The notes beneath the pieces are model-generated. The model had not been told where the DNA came from and searched no databases. It worked only from the letters and a program-made list of their open reading frames with translations. The position numbers and the translations under genes are program-made. Shown one piece after another: positions 9,844-22,815 of a DNA stretch of 64,000 nt. Origin of the DNA: an uncultured Verrucomicrobiae bacterium (GTDB lineage Bacteria > Verrucomicrobiota > Verrucomicrobiia > Chthoniobacterales > Chthoniobacteraceae); the NCBI GenBank assembly GCA_963769025.1, contig CAVYKI010000003.1:224001-288000 (forward strand), read 5' to 3'. How positions within the stretch are numbered: the stretch's first letter is position 1; the number at the start of each line of letters is the position of its first letter.

Positions 9844-12800
9844 TTATTTCTGAACTGCGTATTCGGCTGAGGTGACGATGAGATGGATGATCGCCCTCAC
9901 ACGGTCACGCATCTGCTGGTTCGTCGGCGTGGGCGTCGTGTAGGGGAAGTAGGTGGTGTTCGCGACAAAGTTTTGAATCTGCGTTTTTGTCTCGGCGACC
10001 AGCGGCCCTCCCACCAGAAGGGCGGCGAGTTCGTCGATCAGGGCCGGGATGCCCACGTTCGATGTCTTCGCCGGAACCAGGAAGGGCTGAATGCTCATCA
10101 CCACCGACCCGCTGCCGTTGTTGAAGCTGCTCAGCCCGTTGAGATTTCCGTTCCCGCCCCCCGTGCCGATGAACACGTTGGTCAGGCTGTTCGTGAGGTT
10201 CATCACGTTGGTATCGGTCGTAAGCTGGAACTCGGGCGAGTCGAGGCCCTGGTTCGAGAGATCGCCCGGGAATTTGTAGTCGGGCAGGAAGTAGTTGAAC
10301 ACCGTCGGGGCGTTCAGCGGGGACTGGGTGAGGGACCCCTCCGTGTTCCCCACGTTGAAGGTGCTTTGGTTGATGGTCACTACGCCCGAGCGTCCCGTCG
10401 GCGCCGGCGCCAGCGGGTAAAGCGTGACGCCGTTGTTGGACCCGGAAGGCTTCGGATAGGTGCCGAGGGCTGAGCTCACGGGCAGATACGAAGTCTTGAA
10501 GTGGTCGTCGTCGGCCGTGTTCGTGATCGTGTATTCGCCGTCCGACAACGGCGTGGTCACAACCGGCACATCGACCCACACATTCTGCCCCACGAGCATG
10601 CTGTGGTTCACATTGGTATTGAACTGGACAATCGTATTGCTGGTTTGCGGCGTGTAGCTCGTGCTGACCTTCGGCATGAGGACATTTCCGGTCCTCGTCG
10701 CCGTCGGCACGTCGGCGGTGGCGACCGTGAACGAGGTCGTTCCCGTCGCGGACTGCACCTCATAGACGCCATCCGTCGCGACAGGGCCGAACGCGCCGGT
10801 CGCCGTTCCCGCAGCGGTCGGGCTCGCGGTGCACTGCGCCGGGACCGTGAAGGTGTCCGCATCGAGAACCGTGACCGTGTGGGTCTTGTTGATCACGTTC
10901 AGGCTGGTGACGCCGCCGCTGATGAATGTGCCGCCGGTGACTCCGCTGATCGCGATCGTGTTCCCCGTCGCCAGCCCGTGCCCGGCCTTGGTGATGGTCA
11001 CGGGATTCGTCGCCGCCATGCTGGTCAGCGCGAGCGAGGCGTTCCGGGTCAAAACGCCGAGATACACCTTGCTCTTCAGCGTCGTCGTTCCGCTGTTTGC
11101 CGCGGGAATGACGACATCGGTCTGCGGCCCGCCGGTGTTCACGGTCATGATGCTGCTCCCCGCGTTCTGCGTGTAGGTCACATTGACCATGCCGGTCGCA
11201 TTCACATCCAGGGTGTTGCCTCCGACGATGCTGCCAGTATTGGCCGACGAGGCCACCGCACAACTGGACGCGATCGTAAAAGAGGACGGATCCACAACGG
11301 TGACCGGGAAGGTGCCGTTGATGGTCGGAGTGAAAGAGCCGCCCGAGACGCCGGAGATGGTCACGCTGCTTCCATCGCTCAGTCCATGCGGCACCACCGT
11401 GGTGACGACGCACGGATTGCTGACCTCGCGCCATGTGGTGTAGCTGGTGGGGACGGCGGTGCAATTGACTCCGGTGACCGTGAACGTGTTGGGGCCGGTG
11501 CTGACGACCGACAGGTTGGTCGCGTTGATGGTGCCGGCGAACGTTCCACCGACGACGCCGTTGATGGTGACGCCGGTCGTGGTGCCCGCGGACAGGCCGT
11601 GCGGGGTCGTGGTCGTCACGGTGCACGGGGAACCGATCGAGATGGATGCGACCTGAAAGACGCGGGACGTCGTAATCGGGACCGTAAAGGTGTCGGGCCC
11701 GGTCACTGTCGCCGTGATCCCGGCGTTGATGGATGCCGAGAAATTCCCGGATAGGCCGGTGGGCCATACCGTCCTCGTCTGCCCCACCGTCCCCAAGCCA
11801 TGAGGCTTGGTGGTGGTGATCACCGTCGGATTGCCCGTGCCGATGCTGGCGATGTCGAGGTGCGTGGCGGCGATGGCCAGCGTGGCACTCGTGGTGTAGG
11901 TCGTGCTCGTGGGATTGTTGTAGGGATTTGGCGGGGTTGTCTGCGTGTAGTTGCCCAGGAAATTCAGGCTGACGCTGAACGATGCGCTGAAATCGTTCGG
12001 CGTGCTCGTGACGAGGCGGAGCTTGTTGGAATTCACACCGGTCAACTGCGTGTAGGTGCCGGTGTAGGAGGCCGCCGGAAACGCCCGCGCGGGTCCGGTC
12101 AGGCGGAGCATCGGCTCACGCTGTTTGCCGAACTTGTTCGGGAATTCGGGCGTTACCGCGCGCTTCGCCATCCAACAGGATCTGCCGCACGACTGCCGCC
12201 ATGTCTCCGCGGACACCGGAACCGTTGTCCTTGAACTTCTGCACCACGCGGTAGAGGTAGCCGGGGCTCGGATCGCTGGTCACCAGCCGCTGGATGAGCT
12301 GCCGGCAGATGTAAGGCGGGACGTTGTCGTTGTTGACGATGTTATCGATGGCAACGTCCAGCTCCTTGAGTCCGAACTGGTCGTACGGATGCGGCAAGGT
12401 GGTGCCGGTGCTGTCCGCCTGCGAACCGGTGACGACCGGAACGACGTTGTTGGCAAACGTGGGCGAAACGACCGTCGCCCCGGTGACCGTTCCGGTGCCG
12501 CTCGATGGCGCGGTCGTGCAGTTGACCGGGACGGTGAATGTCTTCGCCCCCGTTACGGTCACCTGGAAGCTCGCATTGATCGCTCCGCCCGGGAAAACCC
12601 CGCCGCTGACACTCGCGATCGTGACCGTGTCGCCGGTCGTCAATCCGTGGACCGTGGACGTGGTCACCGTGCAAGGGTTCCCGATCGCGACGCTGGTGAC
12701 GCTCACCCTCGGCGTCAGCCCGGTCGCAGCCGGGGTGACTACATTGTCCAGCAGCAGCTTGGCATTGATATCATGGTAGTTCGGCACGAGGACCATCGGA

Positions 12801-15800
12801 TTCAGGGTGTCTGCAGCCGGGCTGAAGCTGGTCGGGGCGCGTCCGTTCCCCTGGTTGGCCTGCGCGTAGTTCCAGCCGGTGAGCAGCGCAGACATGCCGA
12901 GGACGCTCGACTGGCTGTAGGTCGGGATCAGGTTTGCATTGGAATCGAGCACGAGCTTCCCGTCGTCCCACATGCGGTTCAGGCCGATGGAGAAGAGCTG
13001 CAGGATTTCCCGCGCGTAGTTTTCATTCGGGTGCCGGCCGATGGTGGGATCGCCCTTCTGGTTTGCCCGCATGTCGAGGTACAGGCCCATCGCGGGCGTC
13101 AGCGTGACGGCCTTTAGGATGCCGCGGAAATTGCCGCTGTTCGCCAGCCCGGGCGTGGGGAGGCAATAGTCCACGAGCTGATCGTAGTAGTCCGCGAGGA
13201 TGCGCCCGTTGTTCTGCAGAGGGCCGGTGTCGTCGGCCCACGAGACCACCAGAATCTCGCTCAGCGCAAATGCCAGCCGCTGGCGCAACTGGTCCGGTCC
13301 GGTGATCGAATATTTCCACCACGCGTTCGTGAAGAGCGATGACGGGTAAGGCGAATTGATGTCCGCCGTGAGGCCGTTGACCACGTCTCCCGAGGCATAG
13401 CTCGCGGGCTGCAGGAGCTGGTCGTCGATCCACGCCGAAAAGCCGTTGGCCTTCACGTACGCGACATCCGATGGGCTCGCACCGAAGGTGGCCTGATTCA
13501 GGAACCGCGCAGCGGCCGCACCCGTGGAGTCCGAGGCGACATCCGTCATCGCACGCGCCGGGTAGAGCGCCGGACTCGGCGGCGTCTGCGAGCCATCGAC
13601 CAAATGCAGGTTCCCGCGAATTTCCCCGCCGGGGAACATGACGGAGTGGACGTTGATGTACACTTTTCCCTTCTTGAGCGCATCGAGGAGCGTGTCGCTC
13701 CCGGTGTTCAGGAATGACCCGAGGGCGGCCAGGTCCCAGATGAGTCCGCCGTCCGGAGTCCGGAGCTCAGGCTGCACTTCCGCCGAGTCGATGTCGTAAA
13801 CGATCTCCCCGTTCGGGTGGATGACGTTGCCGCCGTCGGTGTAGCCGTCCACGTGCAGATGGTAGTTGGTCTTCGGCGTCGTGAGGTTCTGGTAGTTAAA
13901 ATACAGGATGGCCTGAGTCCCGGCCGCGTTCACCCGGAGGTTCGCCGAGCCGCTGCCCTTCGTGCTGACTGCCCCCTGCGGGCCGAGGTTTGCGGAATAC
14001 AAGCTGCCTCCCGTCGCCACCAGGGCGGGATAATCATATGGCTGGAAGATGTAGCTCGGCACCGTGCCGCTGCGCGGGTAACCGTCCAACGCGGCTCCGC
14101 CGTTCGGAATCTGCGTCGTTGCACCGGCCGCATTGGGCGCCGCCGCAGTGGAAGGAACGGTCCCAATGTCATCCTGGCACCAGCCCATCGAGACGTAATC
14201 GTCCGCCCCGCCGCCCGGCGTATTATGCAGGACGTCGAAGTAGTATTTCTGGCCCGCCTTCAAGGACAGCCATTGGGTCTTCTGCGTCGGGAAAACACTC
14301 CAGACCCTCTTCCCCGTGTTCCCCGAGACGGTCGCACGGCGGACGCGATTCACGTACTCCGCGTCGTTGGAAATCCACAGCTCCGCCGAGTTGTTCGCGG
14401 CCAGCCAGAAATAGTAGTTCCCGGTCTTCGGAGGGACGATGTAGCCGCGCAGACGCCGCACCGTGGCGCTCGCGTAATTCGTGTCATCGTCCAGCGTGGA
14501 AATCGTGCCGTCCGGCGTGAAGGTCCCGTTCGCCGCGACATCCTTCTCACGCGTGAGGCTGCCGGTCGGATAGATGGTGATGATGACAACGGAACTGCCG
14601 GTCACGGTGCCGGCCGCCGCGTTCGTCGCGTTGATCGCGACATTGTAGGTGCCCGCGAGGGTCGGTGTGCCGGTGATGGCGCCGCTCGCGTTCATGCTCA
14701 GGCCGGGCGGCAGCGGCGCGCTGCTCGCATCCACTGCGTAAGTCACGGCCCCGCTGATGTTCGGAGCGACGACGTTGAAGCTGAACGGAACGTTCTCGTA
14801 GCCCACCGCGACGAGCGAATGCGTGAGCGCCGTCATTTTCTCCGCCACGGCACCCTCCGGGAAGAGGCGGTTCTGCGGAATGATTTGCTTCGTCTGGCTC
14901 GCGCTCCACCAGTAGAGGCGCGCCTCCGCGCTTCCGGTGCCGTTGTAGTACTCGATGACGATGTCGTACGGAACCCCTCCCGTGAGGTTGATCGTGTTCA
15001 CGTAGTCCGTGGCACCCTGTGCGGCCCACCGGTCGATGAGCAGCACGCCGTTCACCCACACCTTCGCACTGTCGTCGCTGCGGAAGTCGATGGAGTACTT
15101 CTCCGTGTACTGCGGGAGGATCTGGCCGGTCCAGCGGACCGAGAAAGCCCCGGTCGTCGAGGCATCCGACATCCCGGTCGGACCGGCCGTCGCACCCCAT
15201 CCGTTGACGCCGTTGGTGAAGTCCACCGTCGCATCCGTGCGGGTCATCTTCGCCGTCCCGGCAAAAATGGTCGTCTGGGTCGTGTAGGTGGAGCTCGATG
15301 TGTTGTAGTACCTTCCCGTCAGCCCGGTGCCGTTGGCGAGGCCCGCCGGATTGATGACCACGCTGGCGCTGTTCGCGGCACCGAGGCTGTAGTCCGTGCC
15401 GGCCATGGCCTTGACGATTGCCGTCACGTTCGTTTTCCGGGCACCGTGGTACCTCGGGTTCACGCTGAAAGTCTGTGCGGTCGCCCCGAGCGAACTGAAG
15501 GTGACCGATGACGGCAGGCTATCGTAATCCGTGCCCTCCGTCGCTGTGCCGGCCTTCTGCAGCGGTACCGTGATGGGCGTCTTGGCGGTGAGCGTGCCGA
15601 GCTTGGTGATGCCACGGGAGACGGTGATCGAGCCCACTTCCTCCGGTGCCGTGATCGGATCCGCCGGCTGCGTCGCGTTCGCCTTGTTCACCGTCACGGT
15701 GACCCGATTCAGCGAAGCCAGGGCCTCGGGAATCGCGGCGGAATCCAGCGTCTGGCCGTCGGTCATCTGCGTACCCGTGTTGTATCCCAGGATTTTCTTC

Positions 15801-16366
15801 GCCCAGTCACTCACGCCGCTGCCGCTGGAGTCCTTGTCGTCCACCAGGATCCGGAAAAACGTATTCGCGGCATAGGTCACCACGATCTGTCCCGGGTTGC
15901 CGTCCCCGACCAATTCCGAGGGCGTCTGTGCCGGAACCACCCAGCTCGCGGGATTCGAAAGCGTCGTCGTCGATTGCGCCCGGTACCGTTTGCCGTTCTC
16001 GGTGGGAAACTGAAGGGTCACATTCGAACCGCTCGCCGTGATGCTCGAAATCTTGATCGTGTTGCTCCTGCTGAACGGATTCGTGCCCGCGGCCAGCTCC
16101 TCCTTGTTCTTGATACCGTCCCCATCGTCATCCGCATTCATCCACGCGGTGTTCAGCCCCTGCGCTGGATCGCCACTGGTGTAAAGCTGGCCATTCGAAA
16201 CGGCGAACTTCATCTGCCAGACCTGCTGGTTGATGGAGTTGACATCCGCGTGCGCGAACCGGGCAAATCCGAAAAGAACCAGAGCCGCCAAGGCGAGCGC
16301 ATTCAGGATGCGAGCCGAGCGCTGCAGGACCGGGACGCGATTACGGGGGAAGGAGGGTACTTTCAT
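9844..16366 (-). CDS. Giant secreted DUF1800 protein (Calx-beta-like, PA14, putative Ig, CHRD, DUF1800 with inserted beta repeats); one frameshift near 12149
   Basis: [55 protein letters not shown]. Removing one C joins [10 protein letters not shown] to [12 protein letters not shown]. Ends [12 protein letters not shown]...SAEYAVQK. Confidence 0.85.
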
Positions 16367-16996
16367 GGTGCAGTGAGGTACAGCCCCCGGAGCAGCGACG
16401 GCGGGCAACCGGCAGTGGGGGAGGGGGAATCGCCTTTTGGGCAATTAGTTGTGGAAAGTATTATGCGGAAACCATCCAGCAAGATAAAAGATTTCACATA
16501 ACGATTACGACACGATTGCCGAAACCCACCACTCTCCCACCCGGGGCATGCGTGGGAACGGCGGACGGATGCTTCCCTGGCCTTCGCCGCACGAAGCCAA
16601 CCACGCGCCCGAAGCCTGCACCTCTTCGCCGTCCCTTACATCGCTAAAACGTTCGAGGCGTGAGCGACGCACCCCCTTTCTCGGCTGCGACTACGGCGGC
16701 AGGCAGGGGCGCGAGATCGCCCCGTCCGAGAATGTCGTGTGGAGCTACGCGTGCATGGATCCGGCGTACTGGGAGTCGGCCTCGCGAACGGCGCCTGCGC
16801 AAACTCCGGATAAAAAGATCGTCCGTCAGTGCGGCGATCCCGCAATGTGACAAAGCGAAATCCCCGGGACCCGGCCCGGAGCGCGGGGTCAGCGGCAAAG
16901 ATTGCGGCACCGCGCGATTTCCGCAGAGAAGGTGGCGTCGGTGAAAGGCACGGTTTCTCCGCTGGCGGACTCGCATCGCAGAGATACCTTGCGCTC

Positions 16997-17641
16997 ATGT
17001 CGGACGCCCGCCCGGATCCCCAAGTCACCGCGACCCTCCACTCGCGTGTCGCGCAGGCGATCCTCGAGGTGATCGGGCACATTCCCGGGACCGAGGAAAG
17101 CGAGAGCCATGCTCCCTGCGACCAGGCCCGGCGCATTGCCTCCGCCGCCGCGACGCGGGCGGCCCTCGCCGCCGGGGGGCTGGCCACATTCCCGGGGCCC
17201 GCGGGTTTGCTCACGCTCGTCCCGGAACTCCTCGCGGTCTGGCGCGTCCAGACCCAGATGGTCGCGGACATCGCGGCCATCTATGGGAAAAAATCCGCGC
17301 TGACGAAGGAGCAGATGCTCTACTGCATGTTTAAGGCGACGGCGGCAAAGGCGGTCGGCGAACTGGTCGTCATCCTCGGCGAAGGCGTGCTGATCCGGCG
17401 CCAGACGTTGCGGGTTCTCGAGCGCGTCGCACGGCGGGTCGGGATCAAAGTCACCCAAAATCTCCTGGGCAAAGGCATCGCGCGCTGGATGCCCATCGTG
17501 GGAGCCGTGGGCGTGGGCGCCTACACTTTTTACGAAACGCGGAAGGTCGCGCAGACTGCGATCGGGCTCTTTGACGCGGCCATCGAAGTCGAGACCACGG
17601 TCTCCCCCGTCGCGCCGCCCATCATCGGCTCGAAAAACTAA
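16997..17641 (+). CDS. EcsC-like protein
   Basis: AAGGLATFPGPAGLLTLVPELLAVWRVQTQMVADIAAIYG...RWMPIVGAVGVG pattern. Confidence 0.7.
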   Translation: MSDARPDPQVTATLHSRVAQAILEVIGHIPGTEESESHAPCDQARRIASAAATRAALAAGGLATFPGPAGLLTLVPELLAVWRVQTQMVADIAAIYGKKSALTKEQMLYCMFKATAAKAVGELVVILGEGVLIRRQTLRVLERVARRVGIKVTQNLLGKGIARWMPIVGAVGVGAYTFYETRKVAQTAIGLFDAAIEVETTVSPVAPPIIGSKN

Positions 17642-17652
17642 CCAGCGGCCGC

Positions 17653-18964
17653 TTACCGGGCCTCGACGCGGAAGCAAAAATTCTCCGCGCTCGCGGCACC
17701 CTTGCGGTCGCGGACGATGGTGAAGACGCGATAGTTCCCCGGCTTCGAGGGCGTGCGGATGACCGCCTCGCTTTTGTCGGCACTGACGACGGCATCGGGG
17801 AACGACGGCGGTTCCGATTCCTTGTCTCCGCCGACTTTCAAATCCGTGCTCTCGGCGGTGACAGTCCACTCCCAGACTAGTTCGTCGCCATCCGGATCGG
17901 TCGCCTCCGCACGCACCGTGCAAAGCTGGCCCGGCGGAAAGATGGCTTCCTTCAGTTCCGATTCGAAGCGCGTCACCCGCGGACAGCGGTTCGCAGGCCA
18001 TTTGTCCGTCCACGCGCGGCACATCGCGTCCACCTGCGGGAGCTTCTCGCCCGTTTTCAAAAACATGCCGTACCACGTCGAGGTCGTCTCCTGCTTCTGC
18101 CCCCACACGAAGCAATAGCTCCCGAGGCTGATGTCCGCGGCATCCTCGATCATCGTCTTCTGCGTGGAAAAATAGGCCGCGGCCTTGTCCCGGCTGGCCG
18201 GCTCGATGGGCGTGCCCCATTTCGTCTTCGGCACCTCCCAGTGTCCCGACGGGCCGAACTCCGCGAGCACGAACGGCTTCTTCCAGCCCGCCGCCTTCAC
18301 CGCCGCCGCCGCACCGCCCGCGCCCGAGTAGGCGTTCACGCCGAGGATGTCGATGTTCGGGTAGTGTTCGAGAATGCCCTTCACTTTCGTCGGTGCCGCG
18401 CCCGCGATGACGGTCATCACCGGGTGCGCGGGATCCTCCGCCTTCACGATGGCCGCGAGCTCGTTCAGTTCCTTCCAGATGCGCGGATCGCGCCCGTCGG
18501 AAGTCGGCCCTTCCATTTCGTTCCCGAGTCCCCAGACCAGCAGCGCGGGATGATCCTTGTACTTGCGCACCGCAGCGCGGACCGCATCGCGCTGTCGCTG
18601 GATTTGCGCCGGATCGGAGTAGTTGAAGCCGTGGCGCTCGTGGGCGACATGGATGCCCGCGGCGATCGTGATGCCGAGTTCCGCGCACCGGTCGATGAGC
18701 CGTTTGCCATCCACCTTCTGCTCGAGCGACTCGATGCCCCACGTGCGGATCGAGTTCCCGCCATGTTCCTTCAAAAGCGCGAGGTGACTCGAGCCTACCC
18801 GCCCCGCGGATGAAATACGGCTGGCCGTCGCGCAGCAGGACGAAGTGCCCCTTGTCGTTCTTGCCGACTTTCACCGTCGCGGCATCAGCGCCGCTCAGGC
18901 TGCACATCGTCGCGCAGACAACCGCGATGCCGCCAAAAAGCCGTGCCGGGGAAAACGAACTCAT
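17653..18964 (-). CDS. Secreted glycoside hydrolase (GH2-like TIM barrel plus Ig-like tail); frameshift near 18800
   Basis: Signal peptide then LLRDGQPYFIRGAG; the next frame gives GGNSIRTWG, HPALLVWGLGNE, AEFGPSGHWE, FVWGQKQETTSTWYG. Confidence 0.8.
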
Positions 18965-19008
18965 GGTCCGGGTGAAGTCGGCGGATTTCTCGGTGCCTCG
19001 GACGCGCC

Positions 19009-19473
19009 TCACTTCAGCGAGTCAAACTCCAGCGCCTTGATGCGCGCCTTCGCGCCTTCCGCCGGTTTCCAGAACCAGCCCTTCGTGTCCCAGCATTGCG
19101 CGAAGGGAACCTTCTCCACGAGCTGCTTGTAAGCCGCGAGCGCCTCCGCGCCCTTGTTCTGCTTTTCCAGCGCCTGGCCCATGATGAACAGGCACGTGCC
19201 CACGTCGTTGAGCGCCCACAGTTTCGCCACCGCGTCCTTGTCGCCGGTCACCGGCGCCTTCAGTTCCTTCTGCATGTCCACCGCCTGCTTCTCATACATT
19301 TCCACGCACTTCTTCGCGTAGGCGACGGCATCCGGGTAGTTGTTCGCATTCAGCGCGCCCCACGCCTTGCCGGTGATGGTCGCCGAGGAGTGGTCACCAA
19401 AATCCAACTGCGCCTGCGCCGACAGCGCGGTGAAGATGGCGATGACGAACGGGAGGATGCAGGTGTGTTTCAT
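19009..19473 (-). CDS. Small secreted TPR-like helical protein
   Basis: Signal peptide ending AQA; helical repeat WALNDVGTCLFIMGQALEK...AQCWD.KGWFWKPA. Confidence 0.7.
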   Translation of the reverse strand: MKHTCILPFVIAIFTALSAQAQLDFGDHSSATITGKAWGALNANNYPDAVAYAKKCVEMYEKQAVDMQKELKAPVTGDKDAVAKLWALNDVGTCLFIMGQALEKQNKGAEALAAYKQLVEKVPFAQCWDTKGWFWKPAEGAKARIKALEFDSLK

Positions 19474-19751
19474 TGGGGAATGGATCTGTGCTTGGAGTTT
19501 GGGAAAAGTGCCCGGGATCACGCTGAACATTCGGTTCGTCAGCGCACAGACCCAGAGCCGGCGGGAACCAATACCGATCGCCGTATTCTTGCAACATCAG
19601 GCTGCCCGCGGATGCGCTTTTATCGCCGGACGCACCTTCAGCCAGACAGAGCAAGCTCCGGTGGCAGCGCGTGGGAAAAAAGGCCAACAAGGGGCAGCAT
19701 CGGCCAATTTCCGCGGAGCGGAGGCGCGTGTTGCCGTGCTGAAGTGTAATT

Positions 19752-21264
19752 ATGAAACGCTTTCCCATATTCCTCACCGCACTCCTCGCACTCCTCGCGA
19801 CCTCCTTCGCCGCCGAACCGCCCTCTCCGACCACCGCCCCGCTGCCCGGATCGGAGGCCAAAGGCACCGACCCGGAAATTATCGGCGAGGAAAAGGCCGT
19901 GCTCACCGCCGCGCCGAATGTGCCGCCGCCGATCAAGCGCAAGCACTCGACGAAGGTCACGGTGGAGCTCGAGGTGGTCGAGGTGGTGAAGCGCATGGCC
20001 GATGGCGTGGATTATCTTTTCTGGACGTTCGGCGGCGAGGTGCCCGGACTTTTCATCCGCGTGCGCGAGGGCGACCTCGTGGAGTTTCATCTGAAGAATC
20101 ATCCGAGCTCGAAGATGCCGCACAATATCGACCTGCACGCGGTCACCGGGCCCGGCGGCGGCGCGGCATCGTCATTCACGGCGCCCGGACACAAGTCGCA
20201 GTTTTCTTTCAAGGCGATCAACCCCGGGCTCTACGTCTATCATTGCGCGACCGCGCCGGTCGGCATGCACGTCGCGAACGGCATGTATGGCCTCATCCTT
20301 GTCGAGCCGAAGGAAGGCCTGCCGGCGGTGGACCGCGAGTTCTACGTGATGCAGGGGGAATTTTACACGCAGGGCAAATTCGGCGAGGAGGGCCTGCAGC
20401 CGTTCGACATGGAGAAGGCCGTGGACGAGCGCGCGAGCTACGTCGTTGTTCAATGGCGCGGTCGGCTCGCTCGTCGGCGACAAGGCGCTGAAGGCGAAGG
20501 TCGGCGAACGCGTGCGGATGTTTGTCGGAAACGGCGGGCCCAACCTGCTCTCGTCGTTCCATGTCATCGGCGAAATCTTCGACAAGGTGTACCAGGAGGG
20601 AGGCGTGAAAGTTTCGCAGGAGCAGGTGCAGACCACGCTCGTGCCCGCCGGTGGCTCGGCGATTGTGGAGTTCGGCCTGCAGGTGCCGGGCACTTACATC
20701 CTCGTGGATCACTCGCTGTTCCGCGCGTTCAACAAGGGCGCGCTCGGCATGCTGAAGGTCGAGGGCGACCCGAACCTGATCGTGTATTCCGGCAAGGAAG
20801 TGGACGCCGTCTATCTCGGCGAAAGCGCGCTCGCCGGGCCCGGCGCCGGACAGAAGCTCGCGGAGATGGAGGCGCAGATGAAAAAGGCGATCGCCGGCGA
20901 CCCGAAGATCGCGGCGATGGGCAAGGAGATCATCATGGAAAAAGGGAAGCGCGTTTACACGCAGGTGTGCTTTGCGTGCCACCAGCCCGAGGGCCAGGGC
21001 ATGCCGGGCGTCTTCCCGCCGCTCGCGAAGTCCGACTGGCTCATGGCCGACAAGACCCGCGCGATCATGTCGCTCATCAAGGGCCTCAGCGGACCGATCA
21101 CCGTGAACGGCCAGACCTACAACGGCGTGATGCCGCCCTCGATGCTCAACGACGAACAGATCGCCAGCGTGCTCACCTACGTGCGGAATTCGTGGGGCAA
21201 CACCGGCGACATCGTCACCGTCGAGGAAGTGAAAAAAGTCCACGCCGAGAGTTCCAGCCAGTGA
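19752..21264 (+). CDS. nirK: Copper nitrite reductase fused to C-terminal cytochrome c; frameshift near 20447
   Basis: [51 protein letters not shown], and CFACH heme motif. Confidence 0.93.
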
Positions 21265-21266
21265 CG

Positions 21267-22052
21267 ATGCGCTTCGCAAGGATCGTCCTTTCTGTCTGTG
21301 CGGCTCTTTGCGCCTTCGCGCCTTCGCGTGACACCCGTGCCGCGGTGCCCGGCATGGCGCCGGTGCCCGGCGGAAAATACACGCCGCTTTTCCGCGGGGA
21401 AAAAGACGCGAAGGAGATCGCCGTCGCGCCTTTCCTCCTCGACGAACGGCCGGTGACAAACGGCGAGTTCCTCGCATTCGTCCGCGAAAACCCGAAATGG
21501 CAGCGCTCGCACGTGAAGCGCATCTTCGCCGACGAGCGCTACCTCGCGCACTGGGGCGGCGACCTCGATCTCGGAAAGGCGGACGCCGCGCAGCCCGTGA
21601 CCTACGTGTCGTGGTTCGCCGCGAAGTCCTTCGCCGCATGGCGCGGCAGGCGGCTGCCGACGACGGTCGAGTGGGAGTTCGCAGCCGGCGCAGGCTTCAC
21701 CGTCGCCGACGGCACGAAGGACGCCGAGTTCCAGAAGGCCGTCGCGCGTTGGTACTCCACGCCATCGCCCGACGTACTCCCCACCGTCGGCAGCGGACGC
21801 GCGAACATTTTCGGCCTCCGCGATCTCCACGGCCTCGTGTGGGAATGGACGAGCGATTTCAACAGCGCCATCGTCACCGGCGACGCGCGCGGTGACACGG
21901 GCCTCGAGCGCAATCTTTTCTGCGGAGCCGGATCATTCGGCGCAAAGGACACCGGCAATTTTCCCGCGTTCATGCGCTTCGGCCTCCGCAGCAGCCTGAA
22001 GGCCAGCTACACCGTCCACAACCTCGGCTTCCGCTGCGCGAAAGACCCATGA
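21267..22052 (+). CDS. Formylglycine-generating enzyme family protein (NirV-like)
   Basis: [43 protein letters not shown]; directly after nirK. Confidence 0.88.
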   Translation: MRFARIVLSVCAALCAFAPSRDTRAAVPGMAPVPGGKYTPLFRGEKDAKEIAVAPFLLDERPVTNGEFLAFVRENPKWQRSHVKRIFADERYLAHWGGDLDLGKADAAQPVTYVSWFAAKSFAAWRGRRLPTTVEWEFAAGAGFTVADGTKDAEFQKAVARWYSTPSPDVLPTVGSGRANIFGLRDLHGLVWEWTSDFNSAIVTGDARGDTGLERNLFCGAGSFGAKDTGNFPAFMRFGLRSSLKASYTVHNLGFRCAKDP

Positions 22053-22678
22053 AAATCCTCCTTTTCCTCATCGCCCTCCTGCCCTGCGTCGCCTTGGCTG
22101 CCGACCCGCCAACGCTAAAAAAAGACGCCGACCTTCCCCCGTGCTGCCGCCCCGCCCTCCCCGCCGGAAAGCCGACCGACCGCTCGCTCTACCAGCTCGA
22201 ATCCACCTGGACCTCCGACGTCGGCCGCAAGCTGCAACTCTCCGTCCTCCGCGGCCGCCCGCAGATCCTCGCGATGTTCTTCACCCACTGCGAATACGCC
22301 TGCCCGATCCTCGTCAACGAGATGAGGAAACTGGAGGCAGAGCTGCCCAAGGACGTGCTCGCGAAAGTGGACTTCCTGCTCGTGAGCTTCGACACGAAAC
22401 GCGACACGACCGAGGCGCTTGCCGCATACCGCCGCAAGGAGCACCTCTCGACCGGTCGCTGGACGCTGCTGCGCGGTGAAAATGACGACGTGCGCGAACT
22501 CGCCGCACTCCTCGGCGTGAACTACGCCGCCGATTCCCGCGGCCAGTTCGCCCACTCGAACACCATCACGCTTCTCAACGCCGAGGGCGAAATCGCCTTC
22601 CAGCACAACGGCCTGAACCAGGATCCCGCATCGCTCCTCACCGCCATCACGAAGGCGGCGGCGAAAGCCCGGCGATAG
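22049..22678 (+). CDS. SCO family copper chaperone
   Basis: [10 protein letters not shown] (CxxxC) and the conserved His in FAHSN. Confidence 0.9.
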   Translation: MKILLFLIALLPCVALAADPPTLKKDADLPPCCRPALPAGKPTDRSLYQLESTWTSDVGRKLQLSVLRGRPQILAMFFTHCEYACPILVNEMRKLEAELPKDVLAKVDFLLVSFDTKRDTTEALAAYRRKEHLSTGRWTLLRGENDDVRELAALLGVNYAADSRGQFAHSNTITLLNAEGEIAFQHNGLNQDPASLLTAITKAAAKARR

Positions 22679-22815
22679 GCCGCATTTTCGGGCAATCGGG
22701 CTTTCGCGCTTGCGCCGCAGGCGGTGGTTGGGAAATGTCTCCGGTTCCCGGCCGGGACCATGTTTCCGGGCTTCCGGGTTGACCCACTTTTTCACCACCG
22801 AAACACCGCCCTGCC

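Noticed and set aside
16548..16850. 100-aa ORF containing APSENVVWSYACMDPAYWE
   Set aside because: Possibly a gene remnant, but I cannot assign a family or a credible start.
19585..19605. Possible FNR/DNR box upstream of nirK (TTGCAACATCAG)
   Set aside because: Does not fit the TTGAT-N4-ATCAA spacing or sequence.
19752..22052. Apparent 766-aa NirK-FGE fusion in the ORF track
   Set aside because: Artefact of the frameshift near 20447; the middle is out-of-frame nirK, and the FGE gene has its own start and signal peptide.
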